Source: an uncultured virus (IMG/VR IMGVR_UViG_3300001765_000045)
Taxonomy: Duplodnaviria > Heunggongvirae > Uroviricota > Caudoviricetes
Direction: 5' to 3' (one strand)
Length of the DNA: 64,000 bases
IMG/VR virus record: IMGVR_UViG_3300001765_000045
Under the pieces are notes generated by a model. It made no database searches and had not been told where the DNA came from. It saw nothing but the letters and a program-made list of their open reading frames with translations. Positions 9,947 to 20,412 of this stretch are shown piece after piece; the first letter of the stretch is position 1, and each line of letters opens with the position of its first letter. The translations under genes were made by a program, and so were the position numbers.

Positions 9947-11506
9947 TTAGTTCCATGATCTAGAACCTAACTCTATAAAAAGTTTGGCTAGCACTGTTTT
10001 TATATCTTGAGTTACAATAAGTTTTCTACTGGTATTACTAAAGACTTCTTCTAATAATTTTTCATTAGCTGTCATCTTAAGTATATTACTAGATAGATTA
10101 TTACTGAAACTATCTATAGTATTTATAATATAACGATTTTCATTTTTTGTTACCTTAATAGTTTTAGTCGGTTTAGTGAATGGATATAGTTTTTCAAGTT
10201 GTTGAACTAGTTCAACAGGTATTTTATTTTTACTGTCTACAGAGAATACATTAATAACTCCTTCATTTACTATTTTCTGTGATGTCGATAATAAAGCCAA
10301 ATATTTATATCCTCTAGCCCATAACACAGCTTCTAAAACACCTAATAATTTTATTAATATAGGTCTAGATATATACATAATTCCTCTTGGAGAAATAACA
10401 GGTTTCATAACCCATTGCAATAATCTAATACTAGTATCAGGTATTTTAGCATGATTAAGCAAAGTACAAGTTCTCAAAGATTCTTCAAGCATATTAAAAT
10501 CTATATTACTACTTAAACGTTGTGCTATTGCATAAGGATTACTAACACTATACTCTAATTCAACTATATCTTCTAAAGATATATCAGTCTTCATTTTATA
10601 TTTTTCAAGAACAGATATCTTAGAATTTTCATCAATACTAGCTGATATAGTATTTTTATCTTTCACCATATTTTTAGGATTAGTAATATTACCTTTAATT
10701 TTACCCTTAATATACTTATAAACAAAAGTTATTATATTAAGTCTATTATCATCATTTGTAAAATTATTTATATTTTTGATTTCAATAAAAGGTAATCTAC
10801 GAACACTAATTAAACAGAAAATGTAATAATTATAATCCTCACTAGAAATGTTATTAATGATATTATAATCATTAAACATATCTTCAGACATAATATGTTC
10901 AATGTAAGTTAATAATCTTTGACACGGTTTAGCAGTAATATAACTATTACTAAGTAATTGAAAAGAATTATATTCTTTAAAATCAGTACCTATTTCTTTC
11001 CTTATTAAATTAATATATTCACCCCAAATTGGTACATATGCTTTAAGTGCTATGCAATATGCGATTAAATATATGTAATCTTCTTTAAGATAAGTTTTCT
11101 CCTGTGTTTTATTATTATTAATATTATGTACATAAGTAGTATCAAAACCATCTGGTATACGAATATCACTATAATTTTTTATCCAATTATAAATATTTTC
11201 TATATTTAAATATAATGATATATCATTTAAAATTTGTTTAAGATTATTTATGAGTTCTTTATTACTAATAGTGTTATCAAAATTATATTTTACTTGATTA
11301 TAAAGTGAAAATACAGAATGTTGATCATTAGTACTAAGAGTAGCTAAGTAAAGATTTAACTGTTCATAAATATCTGTAATACTAAAAGTATCTCTACCAA
11401 AAGCGTTAGTATAAAACCCTAACTCTATTAGATTACCAGAATCATCTTTCCAACTTACTATAGTTTCTGGTGCAGTGATCGAAAGTTTACTTCTTAGATT
11501 AATCAA
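9947..11506 (-). CDS. nvRNAP promoter-specificity subunit (phiKZ gp68-like)
   Basis: 519 aa; TYLKEDYIYL..PIWGEY motif; synteny immediately upstream of the gp69-like gene. Confidence 0.65.
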   Translation of the reverse strand: MINLRSKLSITAPETIVSWKDDSGNLIELGFYTNAFGRDTFSITDIYEQLNLYLATLSTNDQHSVFSLYNQVKYNFDNTISNKELINNLKQILNDISLYLNIENIYNWIKNYSDIRIPDGFDTTYVHNINNNKTQEKTYLKEDYIYLIAYCIALKAYVPIWGEYINLIRKEIGTDFKEYNSFQLLSNSYITAKPCQRLLTYIEHIMSEDMFNDYNIINNISSEDYNYYIFCLISVRRLPFIEIKNINNFTNDDNRLNIITFVYKYIKGKIKGNITNPKNMVKDKNTISASIDENSKISVLEKYKMKTDISLEDIVELEYSVSNPYAIAQRLSSNIDFNMLEESLRTCTLLNHAKIPDTSIRLLQWVMKPVISPRGIMYISRPILIKLLGVLEAVLWARGYKYLALLSTSQKIVNEGVINVFSVDSKNKIPVELVQQLEKLYPFTKPTKTIKVTKNENRYIINTIDSFSNNLSSNILKMTANEKLLEEVFSNTSRKLIVTQDIKTVLAKLFIELGSRSWN

Positions 11507-11635
11507 GATATACTCCTGTCCTTATGTCAGTTAAATTACAGAACGGTTAAAATATATAAGCTGATACACTATTTTATATACATCATGATTAGTATATATT
11601 ACTATTTTAAACTTTAAAAAGGTGACTAAGAAAAT

Positions 11636-11667
11636 GACAACACAGGCTTTAGATAGCCTGTGTTGTC
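11636..11667 (-). terminator. Intrinsic terminator
   Basis: 13-bp inverted repeat gacaacacaggct/agcctgtgttgtc with a U-tract on the minus strand. Confidence 0.7.
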
Positions 11668-11691
11668 GAAAAATCTTTTAGTTTTTATTTG

Positions 11692-12342
11692 TTAAAAATT
11701 AATATCCTCTAGTGTTATTTCATCAACTTTACTGGCAGTTGAAACTGGTGGAGCCAATTGTTGAATATTCCCTGTTGTTTTACCAACATACTCAGTAAAT
11801 TCACTAATTTCATTAGTATAAATAGTACGCAAAGCTCTAATAGTTGATTGAGCTAACATAGAGGATGCTTCAGGTCCAGATAGTTCAGTACCATCGTTCT
11901 TAATAAACTTATTATACTGCCATAGATTAAATATAAACTTAATCTTAGGTTTATCACCTTCAACAATAGAAATCCAAACCATACCTTCAGCATCTACACC
12001 AAACCATAGTTCACTAATCAAACGTTTTTCAGGTGTTATATTACCAGCTGCATCACGAATAGATGTATAACACTCTATTTTACTTTTGGTATTTGGGTTA
12101 GCTGTAGCCATTTTTTCAAATTGGTCACAAAATAACATAAATACTTCAACTCCCAAAGGTGCTGAAATAGAGTCGTTTTTATTTGTAACTGTATTAAAAG
12201 CAAAAACAGAAATACGTGGTCCACCATTACGCAAACTCCAATTAAGTCTAGCTCTTTGATTTTGAACACCAGGGATCTCAGCAAACATAGTAAATTTATT
12301 GAGATCTAGAAAACGTCCAACTGATTTATTAATAGCATTCAT
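11692..12342 (-). CDS. Core protein in the phiKZ gp67 position, acidic C-terminal tail
   Basis: 216 aa, strong RBS AAGGAG, ends DEITLEDINF; synteny. Confidence 0.6.
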   Translation of the reverse strand: MNAINKSVGRFLDLNKFTMFAEIPGVQNQRARLNWSLRNGGPRISVFAFNTVTNKNDSISAPLGVEVFMLFCDQFEKMATANPNTKSKIECYTSIRDAAGNITPEKRLISELWFGVDAEGMVWISIVEGDKPKIKFIFNLWQYNKFIKNDGTELSGPEASSMLAQSTIRALRTIYTNEISEFTEYVGKTTGNIQQLAPPVSTASKVDEITLEDINF

Positions 12343-12461
12343 TTTTTTACTACTCCTTGGTTTTTAAATTAAAACATTTAACTGACTTACTTAATTCTTA
12401 AAACAAGTATCCTTTTATACCAAATCATATACTTAGAAAAGAGAAAAATAATTATTAATAA

Positions 12462-13575
12462 TTAAGTATAAACTTTAACATAACCTGTAGAGCTATTACT
12501 ACCATATGCTCCTATAGCTAAAGTATCACCTGCATTATTAATGCATACTGAGTAACCAAATTTATCACCAGTAGTTTCACCTGTTAATTTATCACCTTGT
12601 AAAGTCCATACATTAGACATAAATTTATAAATCTTGACATATCCTGTAGCACTATTAGCACCATGTGCTCCTATGACTACAGTATCACCTAAACTATTGA
12701 TAGAAACTGAAATACCAAAATATTCATTATTACTTTCACCTGTTAGTTTATCACCCTGTTGAGTCCATTTACCACATATAAGTTTATATACTTTAACATA
12801 TCCAGTTCTACTATTAGCATAAAATGCCTCTATAACTACAATATCACCTACACTATTAATATCTAATGACCAACCAAAAGAATTATCAATAGTCTCACCT
12901 GTTATTTTAGCACCCTGTTGAGTCCATCTACCAGATATAAGTTTATAAACCTTAGAATATCCTGTACCACCTAAAGCACTAAAAGCTCCTATAGCTACAG
13001 TATCACCTAAACTATTAATAGAAACTGAGTAACCAAAAGCATCACTAGAAACTTCACCATTTATTTTTACTTGTTGAATCCATAAACCTGATATAAGTTT
13101 ATACATCTTAACATATCCTGTAGCATTATCAGCATACCATGCTCCTATAGCTACAGTATCACCTATTCCATTAATAGATACAGATCGACCAAAGTATTCA
13201 TAAATAGTTTCACCTTTTATAACATCACCCTGTTGAGTCCATGTACCAGATATAAATTTATAAACCTTAACATATCCTCTTTGATTATCAGCATTATCAT
13301 AACTATAGTATCACCTATATCATTAATAGATACTGATCGACCAAAATTATCTTTATCACTTATACCTGTTAGTCTATCACCCTGTTGAGTCCATGTACCA
13401 GATATAAATTTATAAACCTTAACATATCCTCTTTGATTATCAGCATTATCTGCTCCTATAACTATAGTATCACCTATATCATTAATAGATACTGATCGAC
13501 CAAAAAACGGTCATTATTTTCATTACCCGAAAATTTAATTACATTATTTAACGATGTATTATAGACTAAGTCCAT
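12462..13575 (-). pseudogene. Frameshifted FG-GAP beta-propeller gene
   Basis: ATG 13575 with RBS; 2 extra T in a homopolymer near 13502-13507 and a 7-nt deletion near 13298 relative to the adjacent repeat; corrected length about 372 aa matches the 370/375-aa paralogs; 3' part open at 12462..13106. Confidence 0.75.
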
Positions 13576-13596
13576 TTTACCACCCCTTTTATTAAA

Positions 13597-14448
13597 TTAA
13601 AGACTGAGTATCCAATTTTTCAAGTATGTTTCTTGTATATCACTTTCTATAAAATAATTAACTTTCTCCTCAGATGTATAAGGTGTCCATTCTCTATTTT
13701 TAGCTATATCGACTATTAGTCGTCTTAGTTTAATATCAGTAGGTTCTATAAATACTTTATCACCAAATATAAATAATAACTTTTCTAAAAAAGGCATAAA
13801 GTCAAGTTTTTCATCTCCCAAAGGATGGTACTTAGTTGAAAATTCATATCTAGATTTTAATTTACCTGTATGACTTTCTAACAAATCTAACTGTGAAAAC
13901 TTTTTATAACTAATTAAATCATAAGGAACATGTGTCATAATAAGTGCTTTACAATTAACTATAGGTTTAATATCACTATTAAATTTCTTAATAAATTCAT
14001 TATCCTTTAATATAAACTTTATAGTTTCTGCATACTTACGCTCATACTCTTTTTGTTTCTCTGTTTTAATTTGCCTAAATTGTATTTTCTTAGCACTGTA
14101 CTTAGATACTACTTTTTCATATGTGCAATGATAAAAATAAGGTTTACAAATATCGTTACCTTCATTTTTATATAAACTAGTAATAACATCTATTTCTTCT
14201 AGTATATCAGCTGCTAAAGCTTCTGGTTTTACAGTTATTTTAGCCTCATTAGGTAATGCCCCTATTAAATTTCTATAGAGAGTAGCTATATTAAACCAAG
14301 ATTCTTGATAATGGTTTATATTAATATGTTGTGGTATTTGTCTGATAGGATCGTAAGGTGGTAATCTACCAGTAAATACTGATTCTAATGATAAGCTAGT
14401 TCCTATTGAAATAGGAAAAGCGGATATAGTGCGTTCAGTAAGATACAT
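13597..14448 (-). CDS. Conserved phiKZ gp66-like core protein
   Basis: ISIGTSLSLES and LLESHTGKLK motifs; next to SbcD. Confidence 0.65.
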   Translation of the reverse strand: MYLTERTISAFPISIGTSLSLESVFTGRLPPYDPIRQIPQHININHYQESWFNIATLYRNLIGALPNEAKITVKPEALAADILEEIDVITSLYKNEGNDICKPYFYHCTYEKVVSKYSAKKIQFRQIKTEKQKEYERKYAETIKFILKDNEFIKKFNSDIKPIVNCKALIMTHVPYDLISYKKFSQLDLLESHTGKLKSRYEFSTKYHPLGDEKLDFMPFLEKLLFIFGDKVFIEPTDIKLRRLIVDIAKNREWTPYTSEEKVNYFIESDIQETYLKNWILSL

Positions 14449-14497
14449 ATAGAACTCCTGAAAGAATAGTTAGAAATACGGGATACCGTATTTCTAA

Positions 14498-15619
14498 CTA
14501 AATTTGGTCTTTAATACTAGTGGTTATATTTTTTAACTGGGTTATATCTATCAACTGTTTATCTATACAATTAAAAAGTAGTTCTTCTATATTCTCCTTG
14601 TTGATAGTGATTACATCGTACTCAATACTAATACTTACATCATCTATCAACTGATTAGAATCACTATGGTCATCATCACTTTTCTTACTTAAGTTATAAA
14701 GAAGATATCTTTTTTTTAGTTCTTCAAATGCCTGATAAACTATATGATCTTTAGAAGCTTTAATTCTAACAAAACTAAGTTCAGGTAAATTATAAATATT
14801 TTTGTCTAACTTTATTAAAGCTTGTTCCAAATTTTGGTTTTTTGTTATATTGATAGTTTTAAATATTTTAGCTGTCTTATTCTCAATAAAGTTCCATGAA
14901 CAAAATTTGGCTATATTATTTACTTCAGCTATAATATAACCTTTTGGTTCTTCTTCATTATGAGATAATCTATCAAAACTACCTTGTGCTATGATTTTAT
15001 CATATTTACTGTGAGTGTGTATATGTCCTATATGTATATAGTAATTGACTATATTATTGTAGAATTTTTCATCGTGCGTTTGTGAAGTTTGTATATTCAT
15101 CATCTGATAACCAAACATTCCGTGCATAATTGCTATATCTACACTAGATATACCTTTATCAATTAATAATTGTTTAATATACTCACGAGTAATTTCAGAA
15201 GATTCCATAGCTTCATCTGGCACATATAGTATATATAACCCATTATCTTCTAGAAACTCTATATATATACTATTAACATATTTAAAATCTATAGGAGTGC
15301 CAGTTACACTAATTAATGTTTCAAATATTTTACATTGATTCCAGTCATGACTAGGAGTTCCTTCTAATACTCTTAGTTTTATATTTTTTCTAGCACAATA
15401 ATTAATGAGTCTATGAATCCATATAACTATTTCATGATAATCTGATGTATAATTATCTAGTAATGTATCAAAAAAATCACCGGCTATAAAAATAGCGTTC
15501 AGATGGAAATCTTCGTTAAAATAATTAAATGCTTTATTTAAATTAAATAGGATTTCATGTGTTTTATTTCTGGGATGTCCTAAATGAATATCAGATATAA
15601 CTATGTATTTAAATGTCAT
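14498..15619 (-). CDS. sbcD: SbcD/Mre11-like metallophosphoesterase nuclease
   Basis: SDIHLGH, AGDFFD, GTPSHD, MHG, IGHIH motifs. Confidence 0.85.
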   Translation of the reverse strand: MTFKYIVISDIHLGHPRNKTHEILFNLNKAFNYFNEDFHLNAIFIAGDFFDTLLDNYTSDYHEIVIWIHRLINYCARKNIKLRVLEGTPSHDWNQCKIFETLISVTGTPIDFKYVNSIYIEFLEDNGLYILYVPDEAMESSEITREYIKQLLIDKGISSVDIAIMHGMFGYQMMNIQTSQTHDEKFYNNIVNYYIHIGHIHTHSKYDKIIAQGSFDRLSHNEEEPKGYIIAEVNNIAKFCSWNFIENKTAKIFKTINITKNQNLEQALIKLDKNIYNLPELSFVRIKASKDHIVYQAFEELKKRYLLYNLSKKSDDDHSDSNQLIDDVSISIEYDVITINKENIEELLFNCIDKQLIDITQLKNITTSIKDQI

Positions 15620-16175
15620 AACTTAAACCATCATCACTATTATTAACTATAGTATTAATAATAGTTTTATCTTTTTTAGTTGCACTTTTATTATCTGGTT
15701 GATATAGATTAGCTATATCGCCCCATTGTTCAATATAAGGATGTTTTTTAGATGAATCAACAATATTATCAGCTTCAGGTAACAACCTGTTTTGCACAAA
15801 ATTCATAGATACTGATGGTAATAAATTACTATGTAATGAATATTCATTCATGATACTACTAAAATCGTTTGCTTTAAGGAAATTAATAATATTTGTATTA
15901 TACAAAGGAGGTATTGTAAAAACTGTTTCATTATTAGTATTAATTATATCAACACTAGACATAGGACTTCCAGCTATACCTATCCAAGTAGCAAATATGT
16001 CACTATCATTAGGTAAAGATTTTTGACCAAAAAAATATGGGGCAAAATATGTATTAAATATTTCTAAAGGTAATTTTTGTTTATTACTTTCTGGAGATAA
16101 CTTATCATAAGCTAGATTTATAGTAGTCTCAGCTGAATTTAACATACGATTTTTAACTAATTGATCTAATGACAT
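15609..16175 (-). CDS. Conserved phiKZ-like core hypothetical protein
   Basis: 188-aa ORF with RBS; WIGIAGSP..VFTIPPL motif. Confidence 0.65.
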   Translation of the reverse strand: MSLDQLVKNRMLNSAETTINLAYDKLSPESNKQKLPLEIFNTYFAPYFFGQKSLPNDSDIFATWIGIAGSPMSSVDIINTNNETVFTIPPLYNTNIINFLKANDFSSIMNEYSLHSNLLPSVSMNFVQNRLLPEADNIVDSSKKHPYIEQWGDIANLYQPDNKSATKKDKTIINTIVNNSDDGLSYDI

Positions 16176-16195
16176 AACTTTTTCCTCTTTTATTT

Positions 16196-16591
16196 TTAAA
16201 GTGAATCTATGATTTTTCTAACACTAGAATCTGTATATTCTATTACTTTGTTTAAAGTATACAGATTTCCACTATCTGTTGTAGATAAAGACATTGTTAA
16301 AGAACCTGTGATACTATCTCCTGAGCTGTCTATTATTTCACAGTTAACACTATCATAATATCTACCTAAATAATTTTTTACCATTTCTGTAAGATCGCGT
16401 ATAAGATCATTAATAGATGACTGATTTTTATACATTAAATAAGATACTGAACTTATATTACCGTAGTATAAGTAACTTTGACTATTATCAGACAAAAAAA
16501 TATGACTAAATAAATAATCTAGTGTTTTTATCGGTGTATCAACCCAACCATCTATACTTAAACTAGGTACAGTCGCATTATTTTTCATCAT
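16196..16591 (-). CDS. Conserved phiKZ-like core hypothetical protein
   Basis: VPSLSIDGWV..SQSYLYYG motif; start placed at the internal Met because the 16708 extension crosses an intergenic T-tract. Confidence 0.6.
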   Translation of the reverse strand: MMKNNATVPSLSIDGWVDTPIKTLDYLFSHIFLSDNSQSYLYYGNISSVSYLMYKNQSSINDLIRDLTEMVKNYLGRYYDSVNCEIIDSSGDSITGSLTMSLSTTDSGNLYTLNKVIEYTDSSVRKIIDSL

Positions 16592-16895
16592 TATATCAGG
16601 AACAGAGACCCCAATTTTTGGGTCTAAATGGAGTTCCCATCCTTTCTCAATTAAGTTAAAAAAAAAATAGATTTTTGGTATTATATAATACCCATAATAT
16701 ACAAGCAAACTATTAATTATTTAATTTAATCTAAAACCAGTATTTATTTAATGATAAAAAAAGAAACCCTGTCCTAAAAAACAAGGTTTCTCTGTACTAT
16801 TTTTAATATTAACCAGATATTTTATATCCGACATCATCTATTATATTTATATCACCATTAGGAAAAATATATATACTTAAGTAACGCCATTTTTT

Positions 16896-17534
16896 TTACA
16901 AATTTCCACCGTCTAAATTAGTGGGATCTACTCCTTTTTTAATGAAAATATTCATAACTTCCCACGTTGCCAATACCTTTGATTTTTCCTCAATATCTAA
17001 CTCCCTATCATTAGCTACTAAATCTTCAAAGTAAAGCTTAGCTGACCAGTTATAATTTCCATCATTATCTTTAGTATCATAAACTACACCATCCATTACA
17101 CGTCTATAATGATAATGGCTATCACCAATAGTTCCTTTAAAAACATCTTGGTAAACATCGCTATAACCATCACACATTTGTTGATTGTACAACTCACGTA
17201 TAACTGGATTAGCCATAACATAATTTTGCATAAATGGTGTAGCTTCTCTCACTTGTTCCAATGTTTCATAGTAAGAGAATTCATTTATTTTGCTAATACC
17301 TACAGCTGATCTAATAGCTGCTTTAGCTTTTCGAATAAGATCACTATCATTTATTTTGTTATAGATATCCTTAGAAGACTCAATGAATTTCATACCTATT
17401 TCATTAAGTGTTTGAGATACAGCATGTACTTGGTTGTAAATATATGACTGATTCATAGGATTTTGCTCAGGATATATCAAATAATCAAGTACAGCTGGAC
17501 TATTAGCTTCTATAATATTAGCAGCAAAGGTCAT
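16896..17534 (-). CDS. Conserved phiKZ-like core protein (gp59-like position)
   Basis: MANPVIRELY..CDGYSDVY..HYHYRRVMDG motif; start uncertain (17534 or 17564). Confidence 0.65.
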   Translation of the reverse strand: MTFAANIIEANSPAVLDYLIYPEQNPMNQSYIYNQVHAVSQTLNEIGMKFIESSKDIYNKINDSDLIRKAKAAIRSAVGISKINEFSYYETLEQVREATPFMQNYVMANPVIRELYNQQMCDGYSDVYQDVFKGTIGDSHYHYRRVMDGVVYDTKDNDGNYNWSAKLYFEDLVANDRELDIEEKSKVLATWEVMNIFIKKGVDPTNLDGGNL

Positions 17535-17718
17535 ACTCAATATGTTCCTTATGTTTATAAACATTGTAATGATGTTTTAAACAATACATAATATACTCAT
17601 TAATACTAATATCTAAAACAATCGATGCTTTTACTATATCATCAAAAAGTTCTTTTTCGATATTTAAATTTAATGAAATTATTTTATCTGAAATATCCAT
17701 AATTATATTATTCATCAA
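17518..17718 (-). CDS. Small ribbon-helix-helix-like protein
   Basis: ISLNLNIEKELFDDIVKASIVLDISINEYI: beta-strand/helix/helix pattern. Confidence 0.5.
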   Translation of the reverse strand: MMNNIIMDISDKIISLNLNIEKELFDDIVKASIVLDISINEYIMYCLKHHYNVYKHKEHIEYDLCC

Positions 17719-17938
17719 TTGATGGATAATTTACCGGATTATCCCGTATAGCTTCAATAAAATTTAAAGTTTCATCAATATGAAATTCTTGATAATGGTT
17801 TATACATTGTTTAATATATGTTTCAGCATCAGTATTTAAAATCATACAGATGTCAGAAATACTATCCATTGTATCAGGATCTAACTGAATTGTAATAGTA
17901 TTTTCAATATCATTTGTATAATCTACATCATTTTCCAT
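17708..17938 (-). CDS. Small ribbon-helix-helix-like protein
   Basis: TITIQLDPDTMDSISDICMILNTDAETYIKQCI; strong RBS. Confidence 0.5.
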   Translation of the reverse strand: MENDVDYTNDIENTITIQLDPDTMDSISDICMILNTDAETYIKQCINHYQEFHIDETLNFIEAIRDNPVNYPSIDE

Positions 17939-18010
17939 TTTACTACTCCTTGGTTAATTTAAAGTACATTTCATATATAATATATATAATTAATTACATA
18001 TTTAAAAAGG

Positions 18011-18895
18011 CTAGTTTTGTAGAAGTAACTCTTTTATTAATTCAAGTCCTTCAATGATAGGTAAACCAAAACCGGCTGCATTAATATGCCCACCACCACC
18101 CATAGAAACAGCTATAGCAGATACATCAGTTCCTTTAATTTTATTAGATCTCATTGAAAATATAACTTTTTCATTAAGTATAAAATATGATAGTGTATTA
18201 AAAGCAGCTAATATTTCGTCAGAGTAAAAAGCTTCAGCAGTTTCACTAATATTAGAAGTAGTATTATATAAAATAAATTGACTGTCTTTAAAATTAACAA
18301 TCTTAAAACCAGTGGTATTATTTTTAACGCTAGATACATCCTTTTGCTGTTTTTTAAGGAGTGTATATCCAAAAGCAATATATTCATTAAGAATCTTTTC
18401 GTCATTAAGAGTGACAAGGAATTTTAAATATTCTTTAGTATCTTTTTTACTAACTGGTAATAATGATAAACTTAAAATAAAGGCTTTTGATTCATCACCA
18501 TACACAAATTTCCATAAATCTCTATCTTCAGCTAACAAATGATATTTAGTTGGCTTAAATTCTGGAAAGAAATGTTTCCAAGTAAGTATATTACCTGAAT
18601 GATTCATATTAAAAATAGCGTAATCTAAACCTTTGAGTTCTTCTGCAGCTGTTTTATGGTGATCTAATATAAGTAATGATTTAGCACTTTGATATAATTC
18701 TTCACAAATATCTTTTTTATAACTAAAATCTAAAATATAAATATTATCTTCAGCTAATGATTCACTAAGCCTACTTGGAAGTTTTTCATTATATTGAACA
18801 GAGTAATACTCTGCTTTATCACCAAACATCTGATATGCTATTGAAGCTGCAGCGTATCCATCTGTATCACGATGGAATAATACTATATCTGTCAT
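18011..18895 (-). CDS. DHH/DHHA1 phosphoesterase (oligoribonuclease NrnB-like)
   Basis: DTDG, LDFS, LDHH, DRDLW, GGGGHINAAG motifs. Confidence 0.88.
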   Translation of the reverse strand: MTDIVLFHRDTDGYAAASIAYQMFGDKAEYYSVQYNEKLPSRLSESLAEDNIYILDFSYKKDICEELYQSAKSLLILDHHKTAAEELKGLDYAIFNMNHSGNILTWKHFFPEFKPTKYHLLAEDRDLWKFVYGDESKAFILSLSLLPVSKKDTKEYLKFLVTLNDEKILNEYIAFGYTLLKKQQKDVSSVKNNTTGFKIVNFKDSQFILYNTTSNISETAEAFYSDEILAAFNTLSYFILNEKVIFSMRSNKIKGTDVSAIAVSMGGGGHINAAGFGLPIIEGLELIKELLLQN

Positions 18896-18914
18896 AAAAA
18901 ATCCTATTAAATAA

Positions 18915-19370
18915 TTAAGAAAATAATGTTTTTTTAGAAAGTAAGTCAGTGAATATTATTTCTACATTTGCTTCTTGAAACATAGTGATGGCAGTTTCAT
19001 TACTTTCTTTCTAATTACCTTCATCAGATGAAGGAGCTATTATACGTTTAACACCAGATTGAATTATCATTCTGGCACATACATTACAAGCAAATAAACT
19101 ACTAACTAATATTGTGCTATTTTTTAAAGATTTACCCATGTATGCCGCTTGAGCTACTAGGTTTTCTTCAGCATGTGCTGTCCAGAGATATTTATCAGGT
19201 CGTTGGTGGCGTTGGTCAATATTGTCATTAACGCCTCTTGGAAAACCATTATATCCAGTTGAGATTATATTTAAATTTTCATCTAAAGCTATTGCACCAA
19301 CTTTAGTGTTTCTATCCTTAGACATCAAAGCTATTTCTTTTAAAATACCTTTAAATTTAAGCTCTTTCAT
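18915..19370 (-). pseudogene. dCMP deaminase with an internal in-frame TAG at 19011-19013
   Basis: SKDRNTKVGA, TGYNG, HAEE, CxxC; the frame continues after TAG as KESNETAITMFQEANVEIIF to TAA at 18915-18917. Confidence 0.7.
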
Positions 19371-19374
19371 ATAT

Positions 19375-19674
19375 TTAACGATATTTATTAATTAAACGTT
19401 TAATAGATTTAGCTTCATCCCCAGTAATTTTTTTGACTATTGTATTATCACAATATACTTTATATATAATATTGTCGGAAATATAATAACCGTTTTCTTT
19501 AACTTCTTGCTCTGCTTGTATAGAATGTATCATTTGAATAGCATGACGTTCTAAATGTTTAAGATCACTTTGAATCATTAAAGGATCTTTAGATAAATCA
19601 ATAGGCAGAAATGTTACTAAATTATTAATTGTATATGCAACAAAAACAGATTTTTCTGGATCAGTGGACCGCAT
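19375..19674 (-). CDS. Hypothetical protein
   Basis: 99-aa ORF with AAGGAG RBS. Confidence 0.65.
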   Translation of the reverse strand: MRSTDPEKSVFVAYTINNLVTFLPIDLSKDPLMIQSDLKHLERHAIQMIHSIQAEQEVKENGYYISDNIIYKVYCDNTIVKKITGDEAKSIKRLINKYR

Positions 19675-19759
19675 TTAGTAATACTCCTTAAAATTTAATA
19701 AAAAAGAAAAATATATTTTTAGTCACCTTACCATATAGATAAAGTGACTTTAATATATT

Positions 19760-20116
19760 TTACTTCCTATTATTAGCTCTATGTATGTATAAAAACTGAT
19801 ACATATTACAAAATCCCATAATATCTAATTTAGTTTTCATAGTACACATAGCATACTTGGATTTAACTTTTACATCTACAGATGTATCTATTGTAGCGAT
19901 ATATACTTTGTAATGATGTTTTACATTACACCATATAAAGTAATAATCAGGAACAAATTTAAAATCGCTTATAATACATATTCTATTATATTTAGTTTTA
20001 ACATAATAGGTTTTTTCTGTATTAGGAAGCCTTATCCTAGTTTTAGGTAAAATTATTAAACCCAATAAAAAACTATGAATACCTTTTTTAACAGAATTAC
20101 TTTTAAGTTGTTCCAT
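19760..20116 (-). CDS. Hypothetical protein
   Basis: 118-aa ORF with AAGGA RBS and an upstream promoter-like motif. Confidence 0.6.
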   Translation of the reverse strand: MEQLKSNSVKKGIHSFLLGLIILPKTRIRLPNTEKTYYVKTKYNRICIISDFKFVPDYYFIWCNVKHHYKVYIATIDTSVDVKVKSKYAMCTMKTKLDIMGFCNMYQFLYIHRANNRK

Positions 20117-20244
20117 GATTATATCCTTAAGTTTAAGTTAGACGTATTTCACTTACAGTATATACTTGTTGTTGCATTTGAACACTTTTTACTTACCTCT
20201 ACACCGACCTACATTACCACAGGTCGGTACAGAGTGCATTAAAC

Positions 20245-20412
20245 TTACCCACTTAACCAATTTGATGTAGTCAAGATCACAGGCTTGGGTATACTTATGT
20301 TTGAACTGATTTCATAAGGGTTTGTAGCCTCATATATATTAAATTTAGGATGTAATGGATACCAATTATCAGCTGTATTATTATCCAAGGATAAAGATAC
20401 ATTAAGTGCGTC
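20245..20412 (-). CDS. nvRNAP catalytic beta'-like subunit, exon 2 (phiKZ gp56.1-like)
   Basis: DALNVSLSLDNNTADNWYPLHPKFNIY...NWLSG*; supplies the last Asp of NCDFDG/D; preceded by the intron terminal G at 20413. Confidence 0.85.
   Translation of the reverse strand, partial: DALNVSLSLDNNTADNWYPLHPKFNIYEATNPYEISSNISIPKPVILTTSNWLSG

Noticed and set aside
12462..13575. Diversity-generating retroelement template/variable repeat pair
   Set aside because: No reverse transcriptase in the window; the near-identical repeat pair differs by a deletion, not by adenine-specific substitutions
19011..19013. Genome-wide TAG recoding
   Set aside because: Many apparently complete genes end in TAG (e.g. 507, 14498, 18011, 31376) and long genes are not fragmented
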